Positions 45,727-54,562 of a stretch of DNA of 64,000 nt are shown piece after piece; position 1 is the stretch's first letter; each line of letters starts with the position of its first letter. Below the pieces are notes generated by a model, which was not told the DNA's origin, made no database searches, and was given only the letters and a program-made list of their open reading frames with translations. The stretch is from an uncultured Candidatus Saccharibacteria bacterium. GTDB taxonomy: Bacteria > Patescibacteriota > Minisyncoccia > Sungbacterales > HO2-52-23. Both the position numbers and the translations under genes were made by a program. Location of the stretch: the NCBI GenBank assembly GCA_964585475.1, contig CAZPDF010000001.1, positions 1,441 through 65,440 of the forward strand. The letters are read 5' to 3'.

Positions 45727-47042
45727 GAGAAGTATACTTAGACCATGCCGCTACTACTTATTTGGACCCACGGGTAAAGGAAGCGATGGAGCCATATTGG
45801 ACGGAGGACTTTGGTAATCCATCAAGCTTGTATAGAGGCGGGAGGCGTGCCAAAGAAGCGTTGGATAAAGCGCGCGAAACCATTGCGCAGATTTTGAATT
45901 GCAAGCCCGAGGAGCTGATTTTTACAGGAGGAGGAACTGAGGCAATAAACTTGGCGATCTTTGGATCGGCTAAGCAATACGGACTCCCGTTCCAGACTAA
46001 GTCTGGAACGGATGGCAGACTTAGTCCGGAACGCAGGGGTAATCTCGTAACTTCAAAAATTGAGCATCATGCCGTCCTGCATAGCATGGAGGCCTTGGGC
46101 AAGGAGGGGTTTGAAATAACCCATCTTGATGTTGACGAATATGGGCTGGTCAACCCGGAGCATGTGAGAGAAGCAATCCGGCAGGACACGATTTTAGTTT
46201 CTATAATGTATGCGAATAACGAGATCGGGACGATCGAGCCGATCGAGGAAATAGGAAAAGTGATTAAAGAAGCGCGCGAGGCGCGAAAGAAGGAAGGAAA
46301 CGCGACTCCGATTTTTTTCCATACCGATGCTTGCCAGGCCGCAGGGGCACTGGATTTAGACGTCCAGAAACTAGGGCTAGATCTACTTGCGATCAACGGC
46401 TCAAAAATTTACGGGCCAAAAGGGGTGGGCTGCCTTTTTATCCGCAGAGGAGTGCGCGTTAAGCCCCTGATTTACGGCGGAGGACAGGAGAATAATTTGC
46501 GGTCCGGCACAGAAAATGTTCCGGGAATTATCGGTTTTGCGAAGGCCCTGGAACTTGCGCACATGGAACGAGAAAAAGAAAACGCTCGTCTCAGTGAATT
46601 GCGGGATTATCTTCTGGTACGGCTTCTAAAAGAAATTCCCAAAACGGTTCTCAACGGCCATCCAGCGAAGCGGCTTCCCAATAACATAAATGTGTCAGTG
46701 CTCGACATTGAAGGGGAGGCGGTTATTCTTTATCTGGATGCCAAAGGAATTTATGTTTCCACCGGATCCGCCTGCGCATCCACCAGCCTTGATCCCTCGC
46801 ATGTCATTTTGGCGATAGGCCGGCCGTATGAATACGCCCACGCGTCGCTGCGCTTTACGCTTGGTAGGAGAACTGCCAAAGAAGATCTGGATTATGTTAT
46901 GGAAGTTTTTCCTGGAGTTGTGGAGAAATTACGAAAAATTAGTCCCCTGCGAATAGAAGTAGGACAGATGACGGTGAGTCATCCGGAAGCATTTGCGGGG
47001 CAAGGGTCGAAAGTGAAAGTTGGAGGGAAGAATTATAAGTAA
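45723..47042 (+). CDS. iscS: cysteine desulfurase (IscS/NifS)
   Basis: 439 aa. PLP-lysine region INGSKIYGPKGVGCLF. Active-site loop SSGSACAS. Contains a ~30-aa insertion (QTKSGTDGRLSPERRGN). Confidence 0.9.
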   Translation: MREVYLDHAATTYLDPRVKEAMEPYWTEDFGNPSSLYRGGRRAKEALDKARETIAQILNCKPEELIFTGGGTEAINLAIFGSAKQYGLPFQTKSGTDGRLSPERRGNLVTSKIEHHAVLHSMEALGKEGFEITHLDVDEYGLVNPEHVREAIRQDTILVSIMYANNEIGTIEPIEEIGKVIKEAREARKKEGNATPIFFHTDACQAAGALDLDVQKLGLDLLAINGSKIYGPKGVGCLFIRRGVRVKPLIYGGGQENNLRSGTENVPGIIGFAKALELAHMEREKENARLSELRDYLLVRLLKEIPKTVLNGHPAKRLPNNINVSVLDIEGEAVILYLDAKGIYVSTGSACASTSLDPSHVILAIGRPYEYAHASLRFTLGRRTAKEDLDYVMEVFPGVVEKLRKISPLRIEVGQMTVSHPEAFAGQGSKVKVGGKNYK

Positions 47043-47106
47043 AGGGCTTTCTCTAAATTTTCGAGTTCGTAGAACGAAGAAAATTTAGCTAGAAAACCTT
47101 TACCGA

Positions 47107-47368
47107 GCACTCAATTTATTCTGCTATGTATTATGTCTATGTGATTCGTAATCGGAAGTCGCGGGAAACCTATATCGGTTATTCCGACGACTTGAAACGG
47201 AGGTTACGAGAACACAAGGATAAAAATCCGGAGCTTCTGTATTACGAAGCATACAAAAGCGAGAAGGATGCAAGGATACGGGAGAAAAAGCTGAAGCAGC
47301 GGGGGACAAAGCATCCGCTGGCTCAAAGAAAGATTGAAGTACAGTTTAGCAGAATAAATTGAGTGCTC
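47107..47368 (+). mobile_element. GIY-YIG nuclease ORF bracketed by perfect 21-bp inverted repeats
   Basis: GAGCACTCAATTTATTCTGCT (47107-47127) and AGCAGAATAAATTGAGTGCTC (47348-47368) flank the 78-aa ORF. Confidence 0.5.
47126..47362 (+). CDS. GIY-YIG nuclease-family protein
   Basis: MYYVYVIRNRKSRETYIGYSDDLKRRLREH, the GIY...YIG motifs with conserved Arg and Glu. Confidence 0.75.
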   Translation: MYYVYVIRNRKSRETYIGYSDDLKRRLREHKDKNPELLYYEAYKSEKDARIREKKLKQRGTKHPLAQRKIEVQFSRIN

Positions 47369-47721
47369 GGTGCTCAATGCTGTTACCAAATTTTCTTCAC
47401 CGTTGGTTCGAAAATTTGGACATCATTGGCAAATAATAAAAAAGAGGGGCATGTCGCCCCTGAGTTTAGTGGAGATAGGATCCGAGGTCTTTCTCGCGGA
47501 AATGCTTCGTGAGGTCGCTCTCCGACGTGATGACAAAATTGGCGAGGCGCGGATTTTTTTCCTTGATTTTCACCCCCGCAACGGCAGCAGCGATTTCTTC
47601 GACGGCTTCCTCAAGTTCTCGCCACGCCCGCTCGAATCTTTCCTGAAGCATTTCGCGTGTGAAAGAATTCGGAAGCGGCGGTTTATTCTTCCAGATGACG
47701 TACTCGTACGGGGCCGTCACG

Positions 47722-48153
47722 TTAATCCGGTATCAGATGCGTCCGATGCTCGCCATCGCAGCAGGGGCGCACGCACGTTTCCGTACCCGGCGTATCTTCC
47801 GGATCTTTTTCAGGAATCAATTGTGCCGAAGCAACTTCTCGCTCGTCATCCAGAAGCCCGACGTGAGTAAGGTACATAGAAAGAATGGTTGCGGAAGGCA
47901 TACCGGCTCGGAGTCCTTTACAGTCGATACTTTCTGGAATGTGGCTGTGCAGGGCGAAGAGTGTGCTCTTGGGCATGGTAATTCTGAAAGTTTCTGTCTC
48001 CGCCTCCTTCACTACTTCTATGCCGAGACGCTGTTTTCCCGAAAGATCCGGGAAAAAAGGAACGAACTGCAGCTTGAATTCGTCTTTCCTGCGGAGAGTC
48101 ACCCTGACCCCTACTTTTGCGGTATCCATCAGTCCCTCCTTGGCGAGAAACAA
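47722..48153 (-). CDS. hypothetical protein (may belong with the downstream ORF 47466-47720)
   Basis: 143-aa ORF. Its stop is followed 2 nt later by a GTG-initiated 84-aa ORF in another frame. Confidence 0.3.
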   Translation of the reverse strand: MFLAKEGLMDTAKVGVRVTLRRKDEFKLQFVPFFPDLSGKQRLGIEVVKEAETETFRITMPKSTLFALHSHIPESIDCKGLRAGMPSATILSMYLTHVGLLDDEREVASAQLIPEKDPEDTPGTETCVRPCCDGEHRTHLIPD

Positions 48154-48218
48154 GCTTATAAAAGGATACCATGTAAGCTATAGAAAGTCAATTTTATTTA
48201 TAACAAACAAATAAAGAT

Positions 48219-48911
48219 ATGAGTCCAGAAGAAAAAGGAACATCACCGGTGACGAAGCCGAAAGTCGATACGAAGGCAGATGTGATAAACCAATTCACCG
48301 GAGAAAAGTGGTACTACACGGATATCGTAAAGGAGCATTTTTTTAATCCCCGGAATTTGATGTTGGAAGATCCGGACGAGTCGCAGTATGACGCGGTGGG
48401 AATGGTCGGGAGCGCTGCCTGCGGAGACATGATGAAGATGTGGCTGAAGATTGAGCCGGAAACGGAAAAAGTAAAAGAAATGAAGTGGCGTACTTTTGGT
48501 TGCGGCAGTGCGATTGCCGCGACCTCGATGTTTAGTGTGATGGTCACGGAAAATGGAGGCGTTCCGATCGGTGAGGCATTAAAAATAAAGCCCCAGCATA
48601 TTATGGAGCGCCTCGGCGGCTTGCCCAATCGTAAAATCCATTGCTCGGTTCTGGCTGACAAAGCTTTCCGCAAAGCCGCGAACGAATATTTCCGCAGGAC
48701 AGGACAAGTCGGTCGTATTATAATAGAAGGAGCGCGTGTGATTGACCCTAAACTTAACATGACGGATAAGGATATTGAGGAGGCGGTTTTAGAAGGCGCG
48801 ACAGATTTAGAATCTGTGCAGAAAAAATTAAAAATCGGGATCGGGTCCCCGGAGATCATTCCGGAAGTCGAGCAACTTATCAGATTTTATAAAGAGAAAT
48901 ATTATGGTTAG
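48219..48911 (+). CDS. Fe-S cluster assembly scaffold protein (IscU/NifU N-terminal domain with C-terminal extension)
   Basis: NPRNLMLEDPDES...GSAACGDMMKMWLKI...FGCGSAIA. The three IscU cysteines and Asp are conserved. Confidence 0.75.
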   Translation: MSPEEKGTSPVTKPKVDTKADVINQFTGEKWYYTDIVKEHFFNPRNLMLEDPDESQYDAVGMVGSAACGDMMKMWLKIEPETEKVKEMKWRTFGCGSAIAATSMFSVMVTENGGVPIGEALKIKPQHIMERLGGLPNRKIHCSVLADKAFRKAANEYFRRTGQVGRIIIEGARVIDPKLNMTDKDIEEAVLEGATDLESVQKKLKIGIGSPEIIPEVEQLIRFYKEKYYG

Positions 48912-48962
48912 TCATAATATTTCTTGTAAATTAAAATGACAGCCCAGCGGCTGCCAAGTATA

Positions 48963-49424
48963 CTATGACGCAGAGAGTATGGCGATATCGCCTTTTATAG
49001 TATTGCGAATTGCGGTTTTGTCGCTTTCCGGATCTTCAAGTTCTCGAATACGCCTTTCAAAAGTCGGTATGTAGCGGATTACCGACGGAGGGTTTGAGGC
49101 CAGCGCCTGAAGGACCCTTCCCGCATGCGAGGAGTCAAGGGCGTCAAGTTTTTTCAGCACCTCATAAAGCCGCCCGCAGTTTTCAAGATTCGAGGATGAT
49201 CCGAGGTCGAAGACATACTCCATTGAATATCCAAGATACTTAAGGTTTTCCGGATTCTCTTTAGCCATCGCGATAAGACTGTCTTGATTAGGTAGCCACA
49301 CGTCTAAGACGTAGAAAGGATCAAATATAAATGCTTTAAGTATATTTATAGGCCAGCCAGCATTAAATTCCTCTAGCGCCTTGAGTATTGAAAAGAGCTT
49401 ATCGCATTTTTGGAAAGTAACCAA
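48963..49424 (-). CDS. hypothetical protein
   Basis: 153-aa ORF. Confidence 0.4.
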   Translation of the reverse strand: MVTFQKCDKLFSILKALEEFNAGWPINILKAFIFDPFYVLDVWLPNQDSLIAMAKENPENLKYLGYSMEYVFDLGSSSNLENCGRLYEVLKKLDALDSSHAGRVLQALASNPPSVIRYIPTFERRIRELEDPESDKTAIRNTIKGDIAILSAS

Positions 49425-49494
49425 GGGAAATCACCCCGTCTTTCCCAATTTATCAGTAGACCAGCGTGCTTAATCCAGATTAGCATGTTAATGA

Positions 49495-49620
49495 ACTGGT
49501 AGCGAGTAAACCCACAAACGTCATTCTGAGCGTAGCGAAGAATCTCTATATTTGTGTCTAAGAGATCCTTCACTTCGTTCAGGATGACAGCTAGAAATGT
49601 CGTGTTACTCGCTACCAGTT
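49495..49620. repeat. MITE-like nested inverted-repeat element, family A, copy 2
   Basis: Outer IR AACTGGTAGCGAGTAA/TTACTCGCTACCAGTT. Inner IR CGTCATTCTGAGCGTAGCGAAGAATCTC / GAGATCCTTCACTTCGTTCAGGATGACAG. Confidence 0.7.
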
Positions 49621-49627
49621 CAATAGA

Positions 49628-49891
49628 ATGGATCAAGATCCAGCCGAAAATCTACAGGAATCCAAAAAACCCCTCAAGATAGGGAAGATTGTAGTTGATA
49701 GAAATTTGTGTATTGGCGCGGCATCCTGTATTGCCGTTGCTCCCGGAGTGTTCGAGCTTGATTCCGAAAATAAGGCAATCGTGTATAATGAAAAAGGAGC
49801 GGATGATGAGACCATACTTTTGGCCGCAAAGTCCTGCCCCACGCAAGCTATATTGGTGTTTGATGAGGAAGGCAATCAAATATTTCCTTAG
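49628..49891 (+). CDS. small ferredoxin (single 4Fe-4S-type Cys cluster)
   Basis: 87 aa with CIGAASCIAVAP...KSCP. Confidence 0.65.
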   Translation: MDQDPAENLQESKKPLKIGKIVVDRNLCIGAASCIAVAPGVFELDSENKAIVYNEKGADDETILLAAKSCPTQAILVFDEEGNQIFP

Positions 49892-49894
49892 AAG

Positions 49895-49962
49895 TAACGA
49901 ATTTCCGCGAATTCGAAACGAATTTACACGAATCACGAATTATTCGCGTTGATTCGTTTAAA
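49895..49962. promoter_or_regulatory. cluster of CGAAT-containing palindromes upstream of sodA (operator candidate)
   Basis: ACGAATTTCCGCGAATTCGAAACGAATTTACACGAATCACGAATTATTCGCGTTGATTCGTT, with nested palindromes CGAATT..AATTCG and CGAATAATTCG. Confidence 0.4.
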
Positions 49963-49966
49963 AAGT

Positions 49967-50599
49967 ATGTACGAAGCAAAAAATTTCGACCATCTTTTAG
50001 GAACTGCCGGTTTTAGCGACACGCTGCTTAAGAATCACTTCACTCTCTATCAGGGTTACGTTACGAACACCAATAAATTATCCGACACACTACAGGAAAT
50101 GGTAAAAACCGGAAAAATAGGAACGCCGGAGTACGCGGAACTGAAGCGAAGATTCGGCTGGGAATTTAATGGGATGCGGCTTCACGAACTTTATTTTGGC
50201 AACATGAGGCATGCGAATAGCGCGCCTCCGCCTAGCGGCTCCGGCAATGCGAATGAGCCCATGCGAATGGATGCGGTGTTGGATTCGGAATCAGCGTTAA
50301 TGAAAAAAATCGTGGAGGACTTTGGAAACTACGAGAACTGGGAGAAAGATTTTAAAGGTACGGGTGCTATGCGCGGCATTGGCTGGACCATTCTTTACTA
50401 TGACCCGGAAGCCAATCGCATGTTCAATGTTTGGATAAATGAACACGACTTCGGGCATCTTGCTGGCTGTAAAACGCTCTTGGTGCTCGATGTTTTTGAG
50501 CATGCATATGTGCTTGATTATGGCCTCAAACGCGCCGACTATATTGAAGCGTTCTTTAAGGCGATCGACTGGCAGGCGGTAACAGAACGATTTAAGTAA
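49967..50599 (+). CDS. sodA: superoxide dismutase (Fe/Mn family)
   Basis: MYEAKNFDHLLGTAGFSDTLLKNHFTLYQGYV...LHELYFGNM...DVFEHAYVLDY. Confidence 0.85.
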   Translation: MYEAKNFDHLLGTAGFSDTLLKNHFTLYQGYVTNTNKLSDTLQEMVKTGKIGTPEYAELKRRFGWEFNGMRLHELYFGNMRHANSAPPPSGSGNANEPMRMDAVLDSESALMKKIVEDFGNYENWEKDFKGTGAMRGIGWTILYYDPEANRMFNVWINEHDFGHLAGCKTLLVLDVFEHAYVLDYGLKRADYIEAFFKAIDWQAVTERFK

Positions 50600-50866
50600 A
50601 AAGTTGCTTTTTAGTAATTAATATGTTATAATAGAAATATGGAATCTTTAAGACCTAAAAATCCGGGAGAGCGGCACGAGACCCCGTTTCAAATAGATGC
50701 CGTCTATAAGGAGCCAGGCCAGGACATGATTGATATTATGAAGCGGGAGCTTGCCAAGAAAAGATCAACGCCAGGGCGGAGTGTTAAACCTGAAGATATA
50801 AGTGACGAAGAAGCGTCCCAGGCCATTTATAAAGAGCGAAAGATTGGCTTGCGAGAAAATGCTTAA

Positions 50867-51085
50867 ATGATCGAGCAGATCGAGAAAGCTTTGGAAGAGA
50901 TTCGCCCGATGCTGGCACGCCACTTGGGCAACATTGAATTTGTGAAATTTGAAGAGGGAGTGGCCTACGTCCGGTTTCTTGGCACCTGCCACGGATGCCC
51001 GCTTTCGCAATTGACTCTTAAAGCCGGAGTAGAGGAGGTTTTGAGATCAAAAATTCCCGAGGTTGCAAGGGTGGAAGCGGTGTGA
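50867..51085 (+). CDS. NifU-like (Nfu-type) Fe-S cluster protein
   Basis: 72 aa. GTCHGCPLSQLTL CxxC motif. Confidence 0.65.
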   Translation: MIEQIEKALEEIRPMLARHLGNIEFVKFEEGVAYVRFLGTCHGCPLSQLTLKAGVEEVLRSKIPEVARVEAV

Positions 51086-51479
51086 TATACTGCATTCAGA
51101 TCCAACTGGAGAAAAGAATATGTTTGGCAATGAGCGCGTGAGGCATTGGCCTAATCCTGGCGGGAGTCCTGGTGACTTCGGTTTCGGCAAGACCAAACCC
51201 AAGAAGAGGCGGCTGTTGAAACTAACTCTTGAAAGGTTGAGTAATGTTCAATAACGAGCGCGTGCGGCATGATGAGGGTGGCATCGTTGTTGCCTGTCCA
51301 CACTGTAAAGCCAAGGTATTTAAGCCGATCAGGATAGGCGGAGTTTCTTGTTGCCCACTGTGCAAGACCCCATTATTTAGATAGTAAGCCGACGATCTCT
51401 GACCGTTCGGTTTTTTATTTGTTTGTCCAAATTTTTGAGCAAGATGTGCGATGAAAATTTGGTTCACAAACAAATAACC

Positions 51480-51630
51480 CCTCACCAATTTTGCCAAGTA
51501 TTACAGAATGGGGTCGATGGGTATACCCAATCGAGATCCACCCGCGAAGCGCGCGTGCCGAATAGGCACATCCCTAATGGGCGAAGCGTTTCGCTCTCTA
51601 CTACTTTGTAAAATTGGTGACGGGGTTGAT
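51480..51630 (+). repeat. IR-bounded ~150-nt element, family B, copy 1 (upstream of htrA)
   Basis: Termini CACCAATTTTGCC/GTAAAATTGGTG. Core GCGCGTGCCGAATAGGCACATCCCTAATGGGCGAAGCGTTTCGC, near-identical to the inverted copy at ~56420-56560. Confidence 0.6.
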
Positions 51631-51639
51631 TTTAGAATC

Positions 51640-51667
51640 TTGACGAATTGATTCCCAGTTATATAAT
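51640..51667 (+). promoter_or_regulatory. sigma70-like promoter TTGACG-16-TATAAT for htrA
   Basis: TTGACGAATTGATTCCCAGTTATATAAT. Confidence 0.55.
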
Positions 51668-51873
51668 TTGAAGGAAAGGCGCGAAGTCGAGTTCAGCTCG
51701 ACCAAGCGCTACTTTAAGAAAATGCAGCGAGCGAGTGTAATTCTATTTAGAGACAATGGGAGGAGCGATTTGCTTGGTTCCGCGCAATCGCGGAAAATCG
51801 CGACGACCCTTAGCGAGGCCGCCGCAGGAGCGGCCGAGTCGTGTCGAGAAATAGAATTACCGAGCAAACGGTT

Positions 51874-53133
51874 ATGGACGAGAACCAACCCACAACCCGG
51901 CAAATAGTGCTTTTTACAGTTGTTTTAAGTTTTATTGTCTCGATAATCGGGACTGTTTTGACTTTGGGAGTTTTTGGTCCGCTTTTTGGGGGGGACGAAG
52001 GGGGAGGGCCTATTCTTTTTAACCGTCCGAAGATTTTGGAAAAAATCACCGAGCGGGAAACCACCGAACGCGTTCTGCGGCAGGACGAGCTTGCGGTGAA
52101 AGTCGTGGAAGAAGCGTCTCCGGCAGTAGTCAGCATTATTGCTTCAAAAGACGTACCGGTAATTGAGCAATTTTTTACCGATCCCTTCGGGGACGACCCG
52201 GTTTTTAAGCAATTTTTTGGAGATCAGGGATCCGGCTTTCGTATTCCGCAGTTTCGGCAGAAGGGCACCGAGAAGCAAGAGGTTTCCTCCGGCACCGGCT
52301 TTATTGTCTCTTCGGACGGCCTCATTATTACGAATAAACACGTAGTGTCTGATCTTGAAGCGTCTTATACGGTTTTCATGAATGACGGTCGGCATCTGGG
52401 AGTGAAGATCTTGGCACGTGATCCGTTTCAGGACTTGGCGGTATTAAAAATTGAAGGCGGCAATTTTCCTTCGGTGCGGCTTGGCGATTCATCCCGAGTA
52501 AAAATCGGTCAGACCGCAATTGCGATCGGGAACGCCTTGGGCGAATTTAGAAACACGGTTTCCGTAGGCGTTATCTCCGGTCTCCATCGCTCGGTGGTGG
52601 CTTCCGGTGCTCCGGCCGGCCCCGAGACATTGCAGGAACTAATCCAGACCGATGCGGCCATAAATCCGGGCAATTCCGGCGGCCCGCTTCTTAATCTTTC
52701 GGGAGAAGTAATCGGGATTAATACCGCCATGGCGCAGGGCGCGGAGAACATCGGCTTTGCCATTCCGATAAATAAGGCGAAGCGTGATATAGAAAGTGTC
52801 CAAAAACAAGGAAAAATTGTGTATCCGCTTCTGGGAGTGCGCTACGTTCCCATTACCAAAGAGCTGGCCGAGAAAGATAAGTTGGGGCGGGATTACGGCG
52901 CGCTCTTGATTTCTAGCGCGAATGATCCGGCTATTGTTTCAGGTGGCCCGGCAGATAAAGCCGGACTCAAAGAAAAAGATATACTTCTTGAGCTAAACGG
53001 CGAGCGGATTGACGCGGAGCATACGCTTGCCTCTCTCATTCAAAAATATCAGCCGGGAGACGAGGTGACGTTTAAAGTATTCCGCGACGGAAAGGAATTT
53101 GAGGCGAAGGTAAAATTTGATGAGAGAAAATGA
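51874..53133 (+). CDS. htrA: serine protease HtrA/DegP family (trypsin domain plus PDZ)
   Basis: TM anchor, catalytic His/Asp/Ser (ITNKHVV, DLAVLK, GNSGGPLL) and a C-terminal PDZ domain. Confidence 0.85.
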   Translation: MDENQPTTRQIVLFTVVLSFIVSIIGTVLTLGVFGPLFGGDEGGGPILFNRPKILEKITERETTERVLRQDELAVKVVEEASPAVVSIIASKDVPVIEQFFTDPFGDDPVFKQFFGDQGSGFRIPQFRQKGTEKQEVSSGTGFIVSSDGLIITNKHVVSDLEASYTVFMNDGRHLGVKILARDPFQDLAVLKIEGGNFPSVRLGDSSRVKIGQTAIAIGNALGEFRNTVSVGVISGLHRSVVASGAPAGPETLQELIQTDAAINPGNSGGPLLNLSGEVIGINTAMAQGAENIGFAIPINKAKRDIESVQKQGKIVYPLLGVRYVPITKELAEKDKLGRDYGALLISSANDPAIVSGGPADKAGLKEKDILLELNGERIDAEHTLASLIQKYQPGDEVTFKVFRDGKEFEAKVKFDERK

Positions 53134-53237
53134 TTTATCATGCGCGAGAGCGTGTCCGGCCCCCTTCTTTAGCGAACCCAACTTGGAAACCCCGTTTCCA
53201 AGTTATGCGGGACTGGCGAAAGCATAAATGAAAGATC

Positions 53238-53270
53238 AAAAAACCAGCCGCATCAATCGGGCTGGTTTTG
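53238..53270. terminator. bidirectional terminator
   Basis: AAAAACCAGCCGCATCAATCGGGCTGGTTTTGG. Confidence 0.65.
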
Positions 53271-53627
53271 GTTTGCGCGGTTTTTCCAGAGCGTAAAACA
53301 TCCGCAGAGAAAAGAGATAAGAAAAAATCCATACATGAGCTGCGCCCCCAGCGGATGTTCAAGTACTTGAAAGGTAAATGCAATCACTATGACGCCAACT
53401 GAATACCCCAGTACTGACCCGCAGTTGATGCCAAAGATATGTCGCCGGAAAGTCATCGCCGCCAAGTAGCCGACCAGAAGCGATATGAGCATCCACCCCA
53501 TTAAGATTAGCCGACTTAGCACTTCAAAATTATTGTGGATTAGCACGATTCCGCCTAAATAGGGAATGGGGATCAAAATAAGACATATTCCCGCCAGACG
53601 CCTTTTCCATATGACGGTCATATTCAT
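53253..53627 (-). CDS. small polytopic membrane protein
   Basis: 124 aa, four TM helices. Confidence 0.45.
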   Translation of the reverse strand: MNMTVIWKRRLAGICLILIPIPYLGGIVLIHNNFEVLSRLILMGWMLISLLVGYLAAMTFRRHIFGINCGSVLGYSVGVIVIAFTFQVLEHPLGAQLMYGFFLISFLCGCFTLWKNRANQNQPD

Positions 53628-54358
53628 CGCAATCCTCCGGTGCCACCCCTTAACCGCATTTTGAACGTTTCATTGTCTCGCCAGGAGACCAGTTTTTCCT
53701 GCAGGCCTTTATAGATCAGCCGATCGAATTTTTTCCCTTTGAAAACGATGAGATAATGATCCGCAAAATCAAGCGCGGGAATTTCTTCCAGCTTTTTCGC
53801 ATCGCGGAAGAAGAGATGAATCTTGGCCCTCCATAGCCAGAGAGCGACACTCTCGGGCAAGGGACTATGCATAATAGAAAGGAGCATGGAGGTATCATTG
53901 AAGTCGGCGATCGAGCGCTCTAGAAATTCAAAGATCCTTCTGCCTTCTCTATCCAGAAATCCTTCCGGCACAAATCCGCCCTTTATCATTTTTTCTTCAG
54001 CTTGAGCAAGATCGGCCAGTGTTCGCATCTCGCCAAGATTTTGCAGAAACGGCCTCCAGGTGTCGAGCCCCTCACTTTGGAAATGGATCTCCGGCCGTTC
54101 TTCGATGAGGCGGTCGCAAGTTACACCGACGCACTCTTTAGAGTATTTTGCGAGCGCGCGGGCGGTTTCTTGGCAAATGCGTGAAGGAGCATAGAAAACT
54201 TTATCAAAAGGATATTGATCAAATTCCATCCGCACGAGATCTTTTAGATATCGTTCTCCTTTATCCTCTTTTTTTAGTCCGGCATCGGGGTCGTTTGAGG
54301 CGCGTTCCCCAAAACGCATGAGACTCACGCCTATAAGCTGGTCGGAGTTATTCGCCAT
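53624..54358 (-). CDS. hypothetical protein (weak histidine-phosphatase-like RFGE motif)
   Basis: 244-aa ORF. LMRFGERAS resembles RHG only loosely. Confidence 0.4.
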   Translation of the reverse strand: MANNSDQLIGVSLMRFGERASNDPDAGLKKEDKGERYLKDLVRMEFDQYPFDKVFYAPSRICQETARALAKYSKECVGVTCDRLIEERPEIHFQSEGLDTWRPFLQNLGEMRTLADLAQAEEKMIKGGFVPEGFLDREGRRIFEFLERSIADFNDTSMLLSIMHSPLPESVALWLWRAKIHLFFRDAKKLEEIPALDFADHYLIVFKGKKFDRLIYKGLQEKLVSWRDNETFKMRLRGGTGGLR

Positions 54359-54412
54359 AGTTCCCCACGTTTTTCTGGAACTGGATATAGTATAAATATG
54401 ATGTCGGCTTTG

Positions 54413-54562
54413 GTCAACCCCGCACCTTTTATGCGCTAGGCCACCTCGCGAGCACCGGATTCTTATACCTATTCGGCACTTACTCTATACAGAGTTAATC
54501 TCGGCATACAGTGTACCTGTGAGGTGGCTGGTGCGATGCGGCGCATAAAAGGTGCGGGGTCA
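54413..54562. repeat. MITE-like element with perfect 24-bp terminal inverted repeats (GTTGACCCCGCACCTTTTATGCGC)
   Basis: Arms at 54413-54436 and 54539-54562. Inner IR GCCACCTC/GAGGTGGC. The termini contain the CCCCGCACC motif shared with the tRNA-locus repeats. Confidence 0.65.

Noticed and set aside
47370-47870. Plus-strand 166-aa ORF 47370-47870
   Set aside because: It is antisense to two better-looking minus-strand ORFs, and its translation is Arg-rich and non-globular.
51668-51907. 79-aa ORF upstream of htrA
   Set aside because: It starts inside the htrA promoter/5' UTR and overlaps the htrA start, so it is more likely a non-coding leader.
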